Of a stretch of DNA of 64,000 nucleotides, positions 10,511 to 19,621 are shown piece by piece. A model generated the notes under the pieces. It was not told the origin of the DNA, ran no database searches, and saw only the letters and a program-made list of their open reading frames with translations. The position numbers were made by a program, and so were the translations under genes. The stretch spans positions 20,372 to 84,371 of the forward strand of contig JBAVQU010000021.1 in the NCBI GenBank assembly GCA_049694315.1, written 5' to 3'. The number at the start of each line of letters is the position of its first letter. Position 1 is the stretch's first letter. Origin of the DNA: Candidatus Zixiibacteriota bacterium (GTDB taxonomy: Bacteria > Zixibacteria > MSB-5A5 > SM1-73).

Positions 10511-11236
10511 ATGTTTCAAAAGAAGAAGAAAGAACCCCATAAGGAAAAGAAGTCGGCGCTGGCCGTGGTGAAGGAATATGTTGAGTCTTTCGGCATAGCG
10601 CTAGTCATGGCGTTGATCATCAAGTGCTCAGTGGTGGAGGCGTACAAGATTCCTTCCGGCTCCATGGAAGACACTCTGCTGGTAGGTGACTTCCTCTTAG
10701 CTAACAAATTCATTTACGGGGCGAAGGTTCCTCTATTGCCCATTCATTTGCCTGCATTCAGGGAACCCAAAGCCGGTGACATAGTGATCTTTAAGTATCC
10801 GCAGAATCCCAAGGTGAACTACATAAAAAGGTGTGTGGCCACGGAAGGGCAAACGGTGGAGATCAAAAACAAGGTGCTGTACGTCGACGGCAAGAGATTC
10901 CCCGATCCTGCTCTGTCCAAATATGCTGATCCTACCGTCCGCCCGGCAGGTCGAGACCCTCGCGATAACTTCGGACCATACAGAGTCCCGAAGGGTCACC
11001 TGTTTATGATGGGAGACAATCGCGACAACAGTGCTGATTCGCGGTACTGGGGACCTCTCCCCCGGGAGCTGGTATTAGGCGAAGCCATGATCATCCACTG
11101 GTCCTGGGCGCCGGACGATAACGCTCCGGTGATCTCTGCCAATGACCTTCTTTCCGTGCCGAAAAACGTCGGATATAACGTCATTCACTTCCCCAGCCGG
11201 GTGAGGTGGAATAGGATTTTGAAGATCTTGAGATAG
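10511..11236 (+). CDS. lepB: Signal peptidase I
   Basis: Has the catalytic Ser motif (IPSGSMEDTL), the GDNRDNSADSRYWG motif and an N-terminal TM segment. Start ATG at 10511 is preceded by GGCGGAGGAAAAACT. Confidence 0.85.
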   Translation: MFQKKKKEPHKEKKSALAVVKEYVESFGIALVMALIIKCSVVEAYKIPSGSMEDTLLVGDFLLANKFIYGAKVPLLPIHLPAFREPKAGDIVIFKYPQNPKVNYIKRCVATEGQTVEIKNKVLYVDGKRFPDPALSKYADPTVRPAGRDPRDNFGPYRVPKGHLFMMGDNRDNSADSRYWGPLPRELVLGEAMIIHWSWAPDDNAPVISANDLLSVPKNVGYNVIHFPSRVRWNRILKILR

Positions 11237-11266
11237 ACGTCCTCAAAGCCCCGAGACACAGCATCA

Positions 11267-11313
11267 GGGATTTTGGAGCCCTGTCCGTTCCCCAGCTCCA
11301 AAATCCCTTTTTT
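11267..11313 (+). terminator. Rho-independent terminator downstream of lepB
   Basis: Reads GGGATTTTGGAGC, then a 16-nt loop, then GCTCCAAAATCCC, followed by TTTTTT. This is a perfect 13-bp stem with a T6 tail. Confidence 0.6.
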
Positions 11314-11412
11314 GTTGGCATCGCGTCACTCAGGTTGTCCCTCTCGGCCAACCTCTTCGTCGGGTACCGAGTGGGAGGCACAGGTACCAGCCAAGGATTG
11401 GCTTCATTTCTC

Positions 11413-11441
11413 TTGACTCTCCGATTTGTTTGCAATATTTT
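11413..11441 (+). promoter_or_regulatory. Putative sigma70-type promoter for the ccm operon
   Basis: Reads TTGACT, then a 17-nt spacer, then TATTTT, about 25 nt upstream of the ccmA start. Confidence 0.3.
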
Positions 11442-11464
11442 GGTCGTGAGAATGGCGACGGAAA

Positions 11465-12106
11465 ATGAGTGTCGGGACTGACAGATTGATGATTTCCTTG
11501 GAAGCAAGGGATTTAGGGAAGTGGTTTGGCCAGAGGAAAGTATTTGACGGAGTCAGTTTCTTGATGGAGGAAGGAGAATCGCTGGTAATTACCGGCAAGA
11601 ACGGCTCGGGCAAGACTACGTTGTTGAAGATTCTCTGCGGACTGACCCGACCCACAGAAGGCGAAGTCATTTTGTCCTCTGACGGAGAAACCATTCCCCA
11701 GGCGAAGAGCAGAAGCGCATTCGGTGTCGTAATGCCCGATCTGGAGCTGTACGGTGAACTTACCGCACGTGAGAATCTTAAGTACCTGTCCCGAATCCGG
11801 GGTTTGTTTCTCCGCGAAGACGAGTTGAGAGAAAAGATCGCCCGGATGGGATTGGCTGGCAGAGACAATGACTTAGTCTCTTCTTTCTCCTCGGGGATGA
11901 GACAACGACTCAAATATGCCTTTGCTTTACTACACCAGCCACAGATTCTCCTTCTGGACGAGCCGAGCGCCAACTTGGACCAAGAAGGAACCGCGTTAGT
12001 GGACGAAATCGTGCAAGAGCACAAAGAAAGAGGAATAGTGGTATTGGCGACCAATGAGAAGGCGGATTTCAAGTATGGAGATCAAATCGTACAACTGGGC
12101 ACATGA
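11465..12106 (+). CDS. ccmA: Heme exporter ATP-binding protein CcmA (ABC ATPase)
   Basis: Has a Walker A (GKNGSGKTT), an ABC signature (SSGMRQRL), a Walker B (LLLDEP) and the short CcmA-type length. It is followed by ccmB and ccmC. Confidence 0.8.
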   Translation: MSVGTDRLMISLEARDLGKWFGQRKVFDGVSFLMEEGESLVITGKNGSGKTTLLKILCGLTRPTEGEVILSSDGETIPQAKSRSAFGVVMPDLELYGELTARENLKYLSRIRGLFLREDELREKIARMGLAGRDNDLVSSFSSGMRQRLKYAFALLHQPQILLLDEPSANLDQEGTALVDEIVQEHKERGIVVLATNEKADFKYGDQIVQLGT

Positions 12107-12758
12107 TGCGACTTGGCTCTTGGCAAAGGATCTGAAATCGGAGTTCCGTACCCGTTACGCTCTGAATGCCGTCCTCATGTTCGCCCTGGCCACCTTAACC
12201 GTAATAAGCTTCTCCATGGGCGTCCTCTCCCCGGATACCCGAGCCATCTCTTCTCTTTTTTGGTTAGTGGTATTGTTTTCTTCGATGTCCGGTCTGGCTC
12301 AGGTATTTGTCAAAGAAGAGGAGAGCAGGACGGTCAACACGCTGAGGTTGATTGCCGCAGCGGATACCGTGCTCTTGGGGAAACTCCTGTTCAATTTGAC
12401 CCTTCTCCTGATCCTGGAAGTAATAATCGTTCCCTTGTTCGTGATCTGGTTGAATGTGCCGGTCGCAAACCTGCCGCTTTTCCTGCTTGTGCTTTTGCTG
12501 GGAAGCTTGGGACTGGTGTGTGCTACCACTATCATCGCCGCCATCATCTCCAAGGCTCATGTGAGGGGAGCTTTGTTTGCCGTCTTGTCCTTTCCGCTTC
12601 TTCTGCCATTACTGGTAGCGGCTATTGACGGAACCAGGTTGTCCCTGGATGGGGAGACTCTGTCCGCGGGTTGGGGCGATCTGAGACTGCTGGTATCATA
12701 CTTGGTGGTGATGTTTACCGCCTCAATTCTACTGTTCGACTTGGTATGGAATGAATGA
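12075..12758 (+). CDS. ccmB: Heme exporter membrane protein CcmB
   Basis: This 6-TM protein is CcmB-like (LRLIAAADTVLLGKLLFNL...). The internal ATG at 12075 avoids most of the overlap with ccmA. Confidence 0.7.
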   Translation: MEIKSYNWAHDATWLLAKDLKSEFRTRYALNAVLMFALATLTVISFSMGVLSPDTRAISSLFWLVVLFSSMSGLAQVFVKEEESRTVNTLRLIAAADTVLLGKLLFNLTLLLILEVIIVPLFVIWLNVPVANLPLFLLVLLLGSLGLVCATTIIAAIISKAHVRGALFAVLSFPLLLPLLVAAIDGTRLSLDGETLSAGWGDLRLLVSYLVVMFTASILLFDLVWNE

Positions 12759-12933
12759 TGAATGAAGCAAAGAAAAACCGTTGAATCAACCTGTGGTCGA
12801 CTGATCGCGCACCTGGGTGCAGATGGGCGACAGTTTTCAATCGGGAACCCAATCTCTCTTATCCGTGAGGAAGTCTTCTGTATCGAATCTGCGAACCGTG
12901 TGACGCTAAAGCTAAGCGGCAAGGGTTAGACTG

Positions 12934-13584
12934 ATGTTCTGGAGAATATCGCTATTGATCTGGATGTGTGGTGTGATCGTGGCGGCCTTCCTCATCCCCC
13001 AACCGCAGCCGCAGATGGGTGAGGTCTCGCGCATCTTCTTCTTTCACGTCCCCTTGGCCTGGGTGGCGGTTTTGGCTTTCTTAGTCTCCTTTGTTTTCTC
13101 CATACTTTATCTTCGAAGAAGGGATTTGGCATACGATGCCAAGGCATACATTTCCTCCCGTCTGGGTCTTTTGTTCGCAGTCCTGGCCACCGTATCCGGA
13201 TCGATATTCGCAAAATCAGCTTGGGGATCCTTCTGGAATTGGGATCCGCGTGAAACATCCATTTTCGTGTTGATTCTGATCTATGGAGCATACTTCGCAT
13301 TGCGATCAGCCGTGGAACCGGCGGAGAGGAAGGCGACGCTGTCCGGTGTCTACTCCATCTTAGCCTTTGTCACCGTACCGTTCTTGGTCTTCGTAATACC
13401 CAGAGTCTACCAATCTCTTCATCCCGCGGACTCAGTGATGAGCGCCAAGCTCCGAATTCAGATGCCGTTTTCAATCTTGACCACTTTTGTGGCCGCGCTT
13501 CTGGGATTCACTTTTCTTTTCATCTGGATGTTTGAACTGGAGTATAAGATAGACAGAACATCAAATGAACTCACGGAGGAATGA
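12934..13584 (+). CDS. ccmC: Heme exporter protein CcmC
   Basis: Has the WWD-domain signature SAWGSFWNWDPRETS and multiple TM segments. Confidence 0.8.
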   Translation: MFWRISLLIWMCGVIVAAFLIPQPQPQMGEVSRIFFFHVPLAWVAVLAFLVSFVFSILYLRRRDLAYDAKAYISSRLGLLFAVLATVSGSIFAKSAWGSFWNWDPRETSIFVLILIYGAYFALRSAVEPAERKATLSGVYSILAFVTVPFLVFVIPRVYQSLHPADSVMSAKLRIQMPFSILTTFVAALLGFTFLFIWMFELEYKIDRTSNELTEE

Positions 13585-13693
13585 ATTGTCCTCAAACTAT
13601 GTGCCCATGGTCGTGGTATTGGTGATTTGGATCGGTTTGTTTTTTTATCTGCTGCGGCTGGACCAGAAAGTGAAAAGAATCAGGAAGGGATGA
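13565..13693 (+). CDS. ccmD: CcmD-like small membrane protein of 42 aa; not in the ORF track because it is under 60 aa
   Basis: Translates as MNSRRNELSSNYVPMVVVLVIWIGLFFYLLRLDQKVKRIRKG, a single TM helix plus a basic tail. It overlaps the ccmC stop, which is the typical CcmD position. Confidence 0.4.
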   Translation: MNSRRNELSSNYVPMVVVLVIWIGLFFYLLRLDQKVKRIRKG

Positions 13694-13773
13694 CAACCTT
13701 TCGGTCCCTGGGATCGTAAAAAGCTTCTCTTCCAGGGAATGAACCCGGTTTTTCGCCGTCAGGCTGCTATCGC

Positions 13774-15789
13774 ATGAACGAACGGAACCGCGCAATTCTG
13801 AATGCAGTTGCTCCTCCAAGGATTATCCGGTTCTTCCTGGCCATATTCCTTATCTCCGTCTTAGTCCTGACTCTGCTCCGGGTTGGATTTCTTTTGAGAC
13901 ACTTCAAGCTTGCTGCCGGCATACCGTTTTCCACACTTCTTCATTCTTTCGTCATCGGGGCAAGATTCGATGTGGTGGTTCTAAGCTACGGCCTCATCCC
14001 GCTCTTCCTTCTGAGCTATGTACCCTTGATCGGCATGGATCGTCTCAAGGCGACGCGGGTGATAATTGTGACTGTTTTTCTGGCGACCATGGGTCTTGTT
14101 TTCCTCTTGAGCTTTGTGGACATCGAGTTCTTCAGCGAATTCGGCACCCGGCTGAGCGGCTTGGTATGGGAATATCTGGATCATGCGGATATGATTTGGT
14201 ATTCCGTATTGTCGGGCTACCCGGTGCTTCCCTATTTTCTGCTGTGGGGAGCCATGACTTTTGCTTTTGCCCTCGCGGTGACAAGAATTAGCCGAGCCAT
14301 ATTCCGCGAGAGGCGAAGAGAGGGGATTTGGGTTCGCTTTTCCTACTTTGCACTGTGCTCCGGACTTCTCGTCCTGGGGGCGCGCGGGCGTTGGCAGCTG
14401 GCCCCCATTGACTGGGGCACGGCCTATTTCAGTCCGTACGGCTTTGCCGACCAACTGGCATTGAACGGGGTCTATACTCTCGGCAAATCATATTGGGATG
14501 ATAGTCAACACGAGAGTGGCGAAATCCTAAGGAGGTACCATTACTTCCCTTCATCCCAGGCTCTGTCCACCGTTCAGAGGCTGCTGGCTAACCCCAAGGA
14601 GCAACTTTCCGATTCGGCCCATTCACTGGCCCGCTGGTACTACCCCGGCACGAGCAACAGCAAGATCAGAGACTACAACGTGGTGATAATTCAATTGGAA
14701 AGCTGGCTCGCCCGTTACGTGGGGGCGCTGGGAGGAAAACCAGATGCGACCCCCAATTTCGACAGCCTGTCTGGAAAAGGCGTTCTGTTGGAGCACTGTT
14801 ATGCCACAGGCACGCGCACCAATCGGGGGATAGTCTCAAACCTATGCGCATTCCCTTCGCAAACCGGACACTCCATCATGAAACGATACTGCGTCAACCG
14901 ACCATTCGACTCCATCGCCGAGATCTTGAGGAAAAGAGGCTACCCGAATATTGTGGTGTACGGCGGCGACCTGCAATTCGACAACATGGAAGGCTTTTTA
15001 AGAAACCAGGGATTCGATACCTTCATCGGACAAGAGGATTTTCCCCCTGGTTCCAAACTAGGCAAGTGGGGAGTGCCCGATCATTTGATGTTTGAGCGGG
15101 CCAATGAAGAATTTGCAAAATTCGGAGACAAACCGTTCTTGGGAGTCATCGTCACAGTGAGTAATCATGAGCCTTACCTTCTGCCCTCTCCCCGTTTTGA
15201 GATCTTTCCTAAAGACGTTCCTCAGTCAGAATTCCTGAACACTTTTTACTATTCTGATTGGGCACTGGGCGAGTTCTTTCGCGAAGCAGAAAAAGAGCCC
15301 TATTTCAAAAACACCATTTTCGTCCTGGTGGCGGATCATGGAAAATTCATGGAATCCCAAATCGAGCTTCCCGTAGATAGATTTCATATCGCCTGTCTGA
15401 TATACGCACCATACATTCTCGGTGATTCCCCCCGCAGGATTTCGACTGTGGCCAGCCAGACTGATCTTATTCCCACCATTCTGGGCATTTTGGGGAGACC
15501 GGCCTTTCACCAATCCTGGGGGCGGGACCTGCTGTCACTTTCCTCGGAAGACAAGGGTTTTGCCATGATGATCGACGGGAACCTGGTAGGGTGGATGGAA
15601 GGACCTTACTTTTTGGTTGAACGAACCGGCGTAAGCTCTTCACTCTACAACATTTCCGATGATCCTCTTCAAAAACACGACTTATTCTTGGAGTTGCCCG
15701 AAGTTTCCGAAGGTCTTCAAGCCAAGGAACGCTCATTTCTACAGCTGAGCACTGAAGCAGCATCAGGACAAAAAGCCCCTGCCCCTTGA
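13774..15789 (+). CDS. LTA-synthase family (sulfatase-like) membrane hydrolase/transferase
   Basis: The 671-aa protein has 5 N-terminal TM helices and an extracytoplasmic alkaline-phosphatase/sulfatase-fold domain (NVVIIQLESW...VSNHEPY...VLVADHG). Confidence 0.65.
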   Translation: MNERNRAILNAVAPPRIIRFFLAIFLISVLVLTLLRVGFLLRHFKLAAGIPFSTLLHSFVIGARFDVVVLSYGLIPLFLLSYVPLIGMDRLKATRVIIVTVFLATMGLVFLLSFVDIEFFSEFGTRLSGLVWEYLDHADMIWYSVLSGYPVLPYFLLWGAMTFAFALAVTRISRAIFRERRREGIWVRFSYFALCSGLLVLGARGRWQLAPIDWGTAYFSPYGFADQLALNGVYTLGKSYWDDSQHESGEILRRYHYFPSSQALSTVQRLLANPKEQLSDSAHSLARWYYPGTSNSKIRDYNVVIIQLESWLARYVGALGGKPDATPNFDSLSGKGVLLEHCYATGTRTNRGIVSNLCAFPSQTGHSIMKRYCVNRPFDSIAEILRKRGYPNIVVYGGDLQFDNMEGFLRNQGFDTFIGQEDFPPGSKLGKWGVPDHLMFERANEEFAKFGDKPFLGVIVTVSNHEPYLLPSPRFEIFPKDVPQSEFLNTFYYSDWALGEFFREAEKEPYFKNTIFVLVADHGKFMESQIELPVDRFHIACLIYAPYILGDSPRRISTVASQTDLIPTILGILGRPAFHQSWGRDLLSLSSEDKGFAMMIDGNLVGWMEGPYFLVERTGVSSSLYNISDDPLQKHDLFLELPEVSEGLQAKERSFLQLSTEAASGQKAPAP

Positions 15790-16230
15790 TTTAATTTCCG
15801 CTCGGAGTGCGGACCCCTGCCGTCTACCAAAACGGATGGGCCAAACCCCTAAACCCCACCCCACAGAGGTTTAATGCGCCGTATTCACTCTGGAGTGGAA
15901 ACCTGAATGAATTCCCAACGGACCCCGGTTGAATTGCCAGTTTGTGTGATCATATGGTGTGGGTCTGTTTTCCGATCAAGCCGCAAGTGAAAACGCGTAC
16001 CTTCCGCTATGCAGAAAAGTGTTGTGATACCGAGCCGGGTGACTTATCTTGAGCTCGTGGCACTGATCTGGCACTCTATCCATGACTTCAAGTTGTTGTA
16101 AATTTGAATGGATAAGTGAAATTCAGAGTTTCTGTCGCATTTCCCATTGCCGGCTTGTGTACGATCATTTATCTGTGAGTCGGTCGACGTTCTTCCTGAA
16201 GAGGAATTCGGGCAACAAGCAACCAAGAAG

Positions 16231-17403
16231 ATGAAGATCATAATTGCTACAGACAATTATTACCCCCACATTAACGGCGCTTCTCTCTTCGCGCAAAGAC
16301 TCGCCTTCCATCTCAAAAAACAAGGCCACTCAGTCTTAGTCATCGCCCCGTCGCTTACCACTCATTCCGAATTCTCTACTACCAACGGAATCCGCATATT
16401 CGGAATTCGCTCGGTCCCAATACTTATGTACCGGGGATTTCGTGTCTCCCTCCCTTTCTTCATGAAGAAACGGATGGAAGAGATCATACAGGAATTTGAT
16501 CCCGATATCATACATTTCCAAGGTCACTTCTATATTTCCAAAGCCGTTCTTTCGATTGCCCAGAAATTAAAGATACCTACATTAGGAACGAATCACTTCA
16601 TGCCCGAAAACGCCATTCATTATCTTCATCTTCCCAAGTTTGCAGAGAATCCGATTAAGAGATGGGCTTGGAAACAATTTCACTCAGCCTTCGAAAGAAT
16701 GGATATTGTCACTTGTCCAACAGAGACTGCGGTTCAAGTCGTTCGGAGTAACCACCTCAGAAAAAACGCCATGGTTGTGTCTAACGGTGTGGATTTATCA
16801 GAGTTCCATGCCGGTAATGACGGGACATATCTTAAGGAAAAATATAAGCTGCCGGATGAACCCATACTCTTATATGTGGGAAGGCTGGACAAGGAAAAGA
16901 ATATCGATATGATTCTCCGGGCCTTAGCTCTGGTGACAAAGAGAATCAATGTCCACTTTGTAGTGGCGGGTGACGGAGAAGAAAAAGCTGAGCTTAGGAA
17001 CTCGACGAAAGATCTTAATCTTGAAAAGCTCGTTACCTTCACCGGATACGTGTTAGATGAGGATTTACGGAACATATATCGGATTGCCGACTGCTTTGTT
17101 ATTGCCGGAGCCGCTGAATTGCAGAGTATCGTTACCATGGAGGCGATGGCTTCGGGATTGCCGGTGATTGCCCTGAATGCATTGGCTCTGCCTGAACTGG
17201 TTAAGCCCGGGGTAAATGGGTATCTGTTTGAATTCAACGACATAAATGGCTTGGCGCAGGATATCATGAGGATCTTTTCGGATGATTCCCTCCGAAAAAA
17301 GATGGCTGCCGAAAGCTTGGAGCTTATCAAAGACCACCGCATCGAAAATACTGTCCATAAGTTTGAGTCACTCTACCAGTCGCTGCTTAAAAAGAATAAA
17401 TAG
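16231..17403 (+). CDS. Glycosyltransferase family 4 protein
   Basis: Reads MKIIIATDNYYPHINGASLFAQRLAFHLKKQGHSV and carries the GT4 motif EAMASGLPVIALNALALPELVKPGVNGYLF. Confidence 0.75.
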   Translation: MKIIIATDNYYPHINGASLFAQRLAFHLKKQGHSVLVIAPSLTTHSEFSTTNGIRIFGIRSVPILMYRGFRVSLPFFMKKRMEEIIQEFDPDIIHFQGHFYISKAVLSIAQKLKIPTLGTNHFMPENAIHYLHLPKFAENPIKRWAWKQFHSAFERMDIVTCPTETAVQVVRSNHLRKNAMVVSNGVDLSEFHAGNDGTYLKEKYKLPDEPILLYVGRLDKEKNIDMILRALALVTKRINVHFVVAGDGEEKAELRNSTKDLNLEKLVTFTGYVLDEDLRNIYRIADCFVIAGAAELQSIVTMEAMASGLPVIALNALALPELVKPGVNGYLFEFNDINGLAQDIMRIFSDDSLRKKMAAESLELIKDHRIENTVHKFESLYQSLLKKNK

Positions 17404-17500
17404 AGAATGATAAGCTCAATGAGCATGAGGTAAAAGACTGGGCTGGTGATTTACCAAAGGACATGGTTGACCTACGAATTACTAGCATGATGTCAGATTC

Positions 17501-17690
17501 AAATCCCCCTTAATCCCCCTTTGCTAAAGGGGGATTTCTACTCAGGCTGATTGTCGGGCAGCTTGCCAAATGGGTCGCAACCGGAATTTACAAATCTTCG
17601 TGCGGGGCTGGGAGCCCCGCCTACGAGCTTGCTGGACTTGCTGGGCTGGCTGGGCTTGCGGATAGCTGTTTTTCATTTTTCCAGTCGTCC
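17501..17690 (+). repeat. GC-rich palindromic repeat element, copy A. The palindrome (AAATCCCCCTT...AAGGGGGATTT) is followed by GCTGATTGTCGGGCAGC and GGGTCGCAACC.
   Basis: It shares the palindrome, the GCTGATTGTCGGGCAGCT segment and the G(G/A)TCGCAACC(G/A)GA.TTACAAA segment with copy B at 18166-18352. It also contains a perfect hairpin GCGGGGC-TGGGA-GCCCCGC. Confidence 0.5.
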
Positions 17691-17709
17691 TGCTGCATGA
17701 ACTATAACA

Positions 17710-17925
17710 TTCAAACCAAAGGACATAGCGAACTCCCGATACTGATGTTACTGACATTTCTGGCGTTACTGGCGGTTGTTTTAATTTTTTTCCATTCCTA
17801 CTGAAGTATGAGCTTTGCTGTTCATACAAAAGGACATAGCGGATCTGCGATACCGGTGTTTCTGGCGCATCTGGTGCTTCTGGTGTTTGTTTTTATTTTT
17901 TTTCACTTTCATCGCAAGTGATTGA
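17710..17925 (+). repeat. Two tandem ~100-bp units at ~75% identity. Each begins AAAGGACATAGCG and encodes a ~20-aa hydrophobic peptide (17745..17804 and 17856..17921).
   Basis: Unit 1 encodes MLLTFLALLAVVLIFFHSY and unit 2 encodes (V)FLAHLVLLVFVFIFFHFHRK. The units align along their whole length. Confidence 0.5.
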
Positions 17926-17956
17926 AGTTTAATACATTAGATATTGTGTCGGGTGA

Positions 17957-18021
17957 ATTCAAAGTTCAAGGTTCAAGGCTCAAAGTTCAAGGTTCAAAAT
18001 TCCAATTCAAAATTCAAAGTT
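17957..18021 (+). repeat. Tandem heptamer array of (RRTTCAA) in about 9 units
   Basis: Reads aattcaa agttcaa ggttcaa ggctcaa agttcaa ggttcaa aattccaattcaa aattcaa. Confidence 0.8.
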
Positions 18022-18165
18022 ACGCATTCCATAAATTCGGTAAGGGTGCATGAACAATATATTCCATCTCCTACAAACAAGCGCGGTATCCGCTTCAACA
18101 TTGAAGCTGTGGCGAATTTGTTTTTTGTGGTAAGAGAGACAACGGGTTAGGTCGTGGGTTTAGAA

Positions 18166-18352
18166 CCCCCTGAATCCCCCTTATCAGGGGGACAACCCCC
18201 TAAATCCCCCTTTGCCAGAGGGGGATTTCAAGTCAAGCTGATTGTCGGGCAGCTGTCCCGCCCTTCGGGTCTGAGCCTTCCTTCGATACTGAGTCTCAGG
18301 ACGAAGTGCAGGGTCGAAGACCAAAAGCGGGATCGCAACCAGACTTACAAAC
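18166..18352 (+). repeat. GC-rich palindromic repeat element, copy B, with internal insertions relative to copy A
   Basis: Contains CCCCCTGAATCCCCCTTATCAGGGGG, then AAATCCCCCTTTGCCAGAGGGGGATTT, then GCTGATTGTCGGGCAGCT, and about 75 bp later GGGATCGCAACCAGACTTACAAAC. Confidence 0.5.
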
Positions 18353-18530
18353 TACAGGTTAGGTTGTTGTCGGACAGATAAAACGCCCGACACCCTTCGA
18401 CTATGCTCAGGGTAAACGAAGGTCGGGCGCTACGCATTTAAGGACCAAGCTCACGGGGGCAATGGAGTGTAGCAAAATCCCTGTCCGGGTGCATGCACTG
18501 GTCAGACGCTTCATATTCAGTGGGCAGGTC

Positions 18531-18578
18531 AGAAGCCCCGTACTCCTGACTTATCTTGGTGTCAGGCGCGCAGGGCAC
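18531..18578. repeat. Copy 1 of a 45-bp hairpin repeat (GAAGCCCCGTACTCCTGACTTATCTTGGTGTCAGGCGCGCAGGGCA)
   Basis: Near-identical copies lie at 19031..19080 and 19622..19655. It contains the inverted repeat CCTGAC-N10-GTCAGG. Confidence 0.7.
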
Positions 18579-18595
18579 TCGAACTCCGGACTTAT

Positions 18596-18949
18596 CTATT
18601 TGTTACCAGAGGCGTTTGGTCGGTTGCTTTTCTTTTCGATTAAGGCTTGAAGGTCATCTATATCCTTCTGTGCTTTGGAGTTCTCTTCACGAATATCCCA
18701 CAAAGATGGTCGTTTATCTGTTCTGAGGACACGTCGAAACACCTGTTCGGAGAGATAACCCACAATGAAGGTGCCCAGTAGAGTTAGGCCACCAATCTTC
18801 CACCCATTATTCCAGAAGACAAGAACTACCATCACAAGCCAAATCATTCCACATACACCAGCGATACTTACAGACCAATGTCCTCGACCTGCAATTCCAA
18901 ATGTCATTGCTATAATAGCGATGAATGCAAGTAACAAGTAGAGAATCAC
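18596..18949 (-). CDS. Hypothetical small membrane protein of 117 aa with 3 predicted TM helices and a charged C-terminal tail
   Basis: It is an ORF with strongly hydrophobic N-terminal segments, flanked on both sides by the 45-bp hairpin repeat. Confidence 0.4.
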   Translation of the reverse strand: MILYLLLAFIAIIAMTFGIAGRGHWSVSIAGVCGMIWLVMVVLVFWNNGWKIGGLTLLGTFIVGYLSEQVFRRVLRTDKRPSLWDIREENSKAQKDIDDLQALIEKKSNRPNASGNK

Positions 18950-19030
18950 AAGACTTGATCCCTCCTAACTTCTTTTTATATGGTTTCCATATAAACCCAC
19001 TCTAGGGTTTAGCTTCCATTGAGCTTTTAG

Positions 19031-19080
19031 GTCAGGAGCCCCATGCTCCTGACTTATCTTGGTGTCAGGTGCGCAGGGCA
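19031..19080. repeat. Copy 2 of the 45-bp hairpin repeat
   Basis: Reads GTCAGGAGCCCCATGCTCCTGACTTATCTTGGTGTCAGGTGCGCAGGGCA. Confidence 0.7.
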
Positions 19081-19093
19081 GCTCACCTACTGG

Positions 19094-19570
19094 CTATTCC
19101 GACTCCATGTCTTCGATTTGTCTTTTCATCTCTCGCTTTTTGATTTCCAGCAATTTATTGAATTCTGCATTTTTCTCATTTTCGATGGCTTCAATCTTCG
19201 CTCGTAAAGAATACTCGAGACCGATCGCGCCCGGCTGCCTTTTGACTTCCTGCAGCTTTTCTCGCAAATACCTTAACTTTTCTCCATATTTAATATCGTA
19301 TTCAGTGTCCAAAGTCCGGCGGACGCTGTCATCCCAGACTTTTAAGTCTTCTTCGTGTCTTTGTCTAAGGACTTCTTTCTTAGTTTTTGTGTCTCTCCTC
19401 TTGAGGAAGTGTCTGCGCCAATCAAGCACCGTATCGGTGATTAGGGGAACAACAATAGCTCCCACAATAATCACAGATATTATCCTCCAGAATTTTCGTT
19501 TAAGACTCACTTCGAACCCAAGTATTTTTCTCATGGCTGAATTCCAAAAACTTACTCTATCATTTGTCAA
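19094..19570 (-). CDS. Hypothetical membrane-anchored coiled-coil protein of 158 aa
   Basis: It has a single TM helix (IISVIIVGAIVVPLI) followed by a highly charged K/E/R-rich predicted coiled coil. It is flanked by copies 2 and 3 of the hairpin repeat. Confidence 0.4.
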   Translation of the reverse strand: MTNDRVSFWNSAMRKILGFEVSLKRKFWRIISVIIVGAIVVPLITDTVLDWRRHFLKRRDTKTKKEVLRQRHEEDLKVWDDSVRRTLDTEYDIKYGEKLRYLREKLQEVKRQPGAIGLEYSLRAKIEAIENEKNAEFNKLLEIKKREMKRQIEDMESE

Positions 19571-19621
19571 CGCTTTTATTTAGTTATCAACTTTTTTTGA
19601 CGACCAAAAGAGCGTGAAGCC

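Noticed and set aside
17944-18150. ORF encoding the repetitive peptide KFKVQGSKFKVQNSNSKFKV
   Set aside because: The translation merely reads through the TTCAARR heptamer array; it is a repeat artefact, not a gene.
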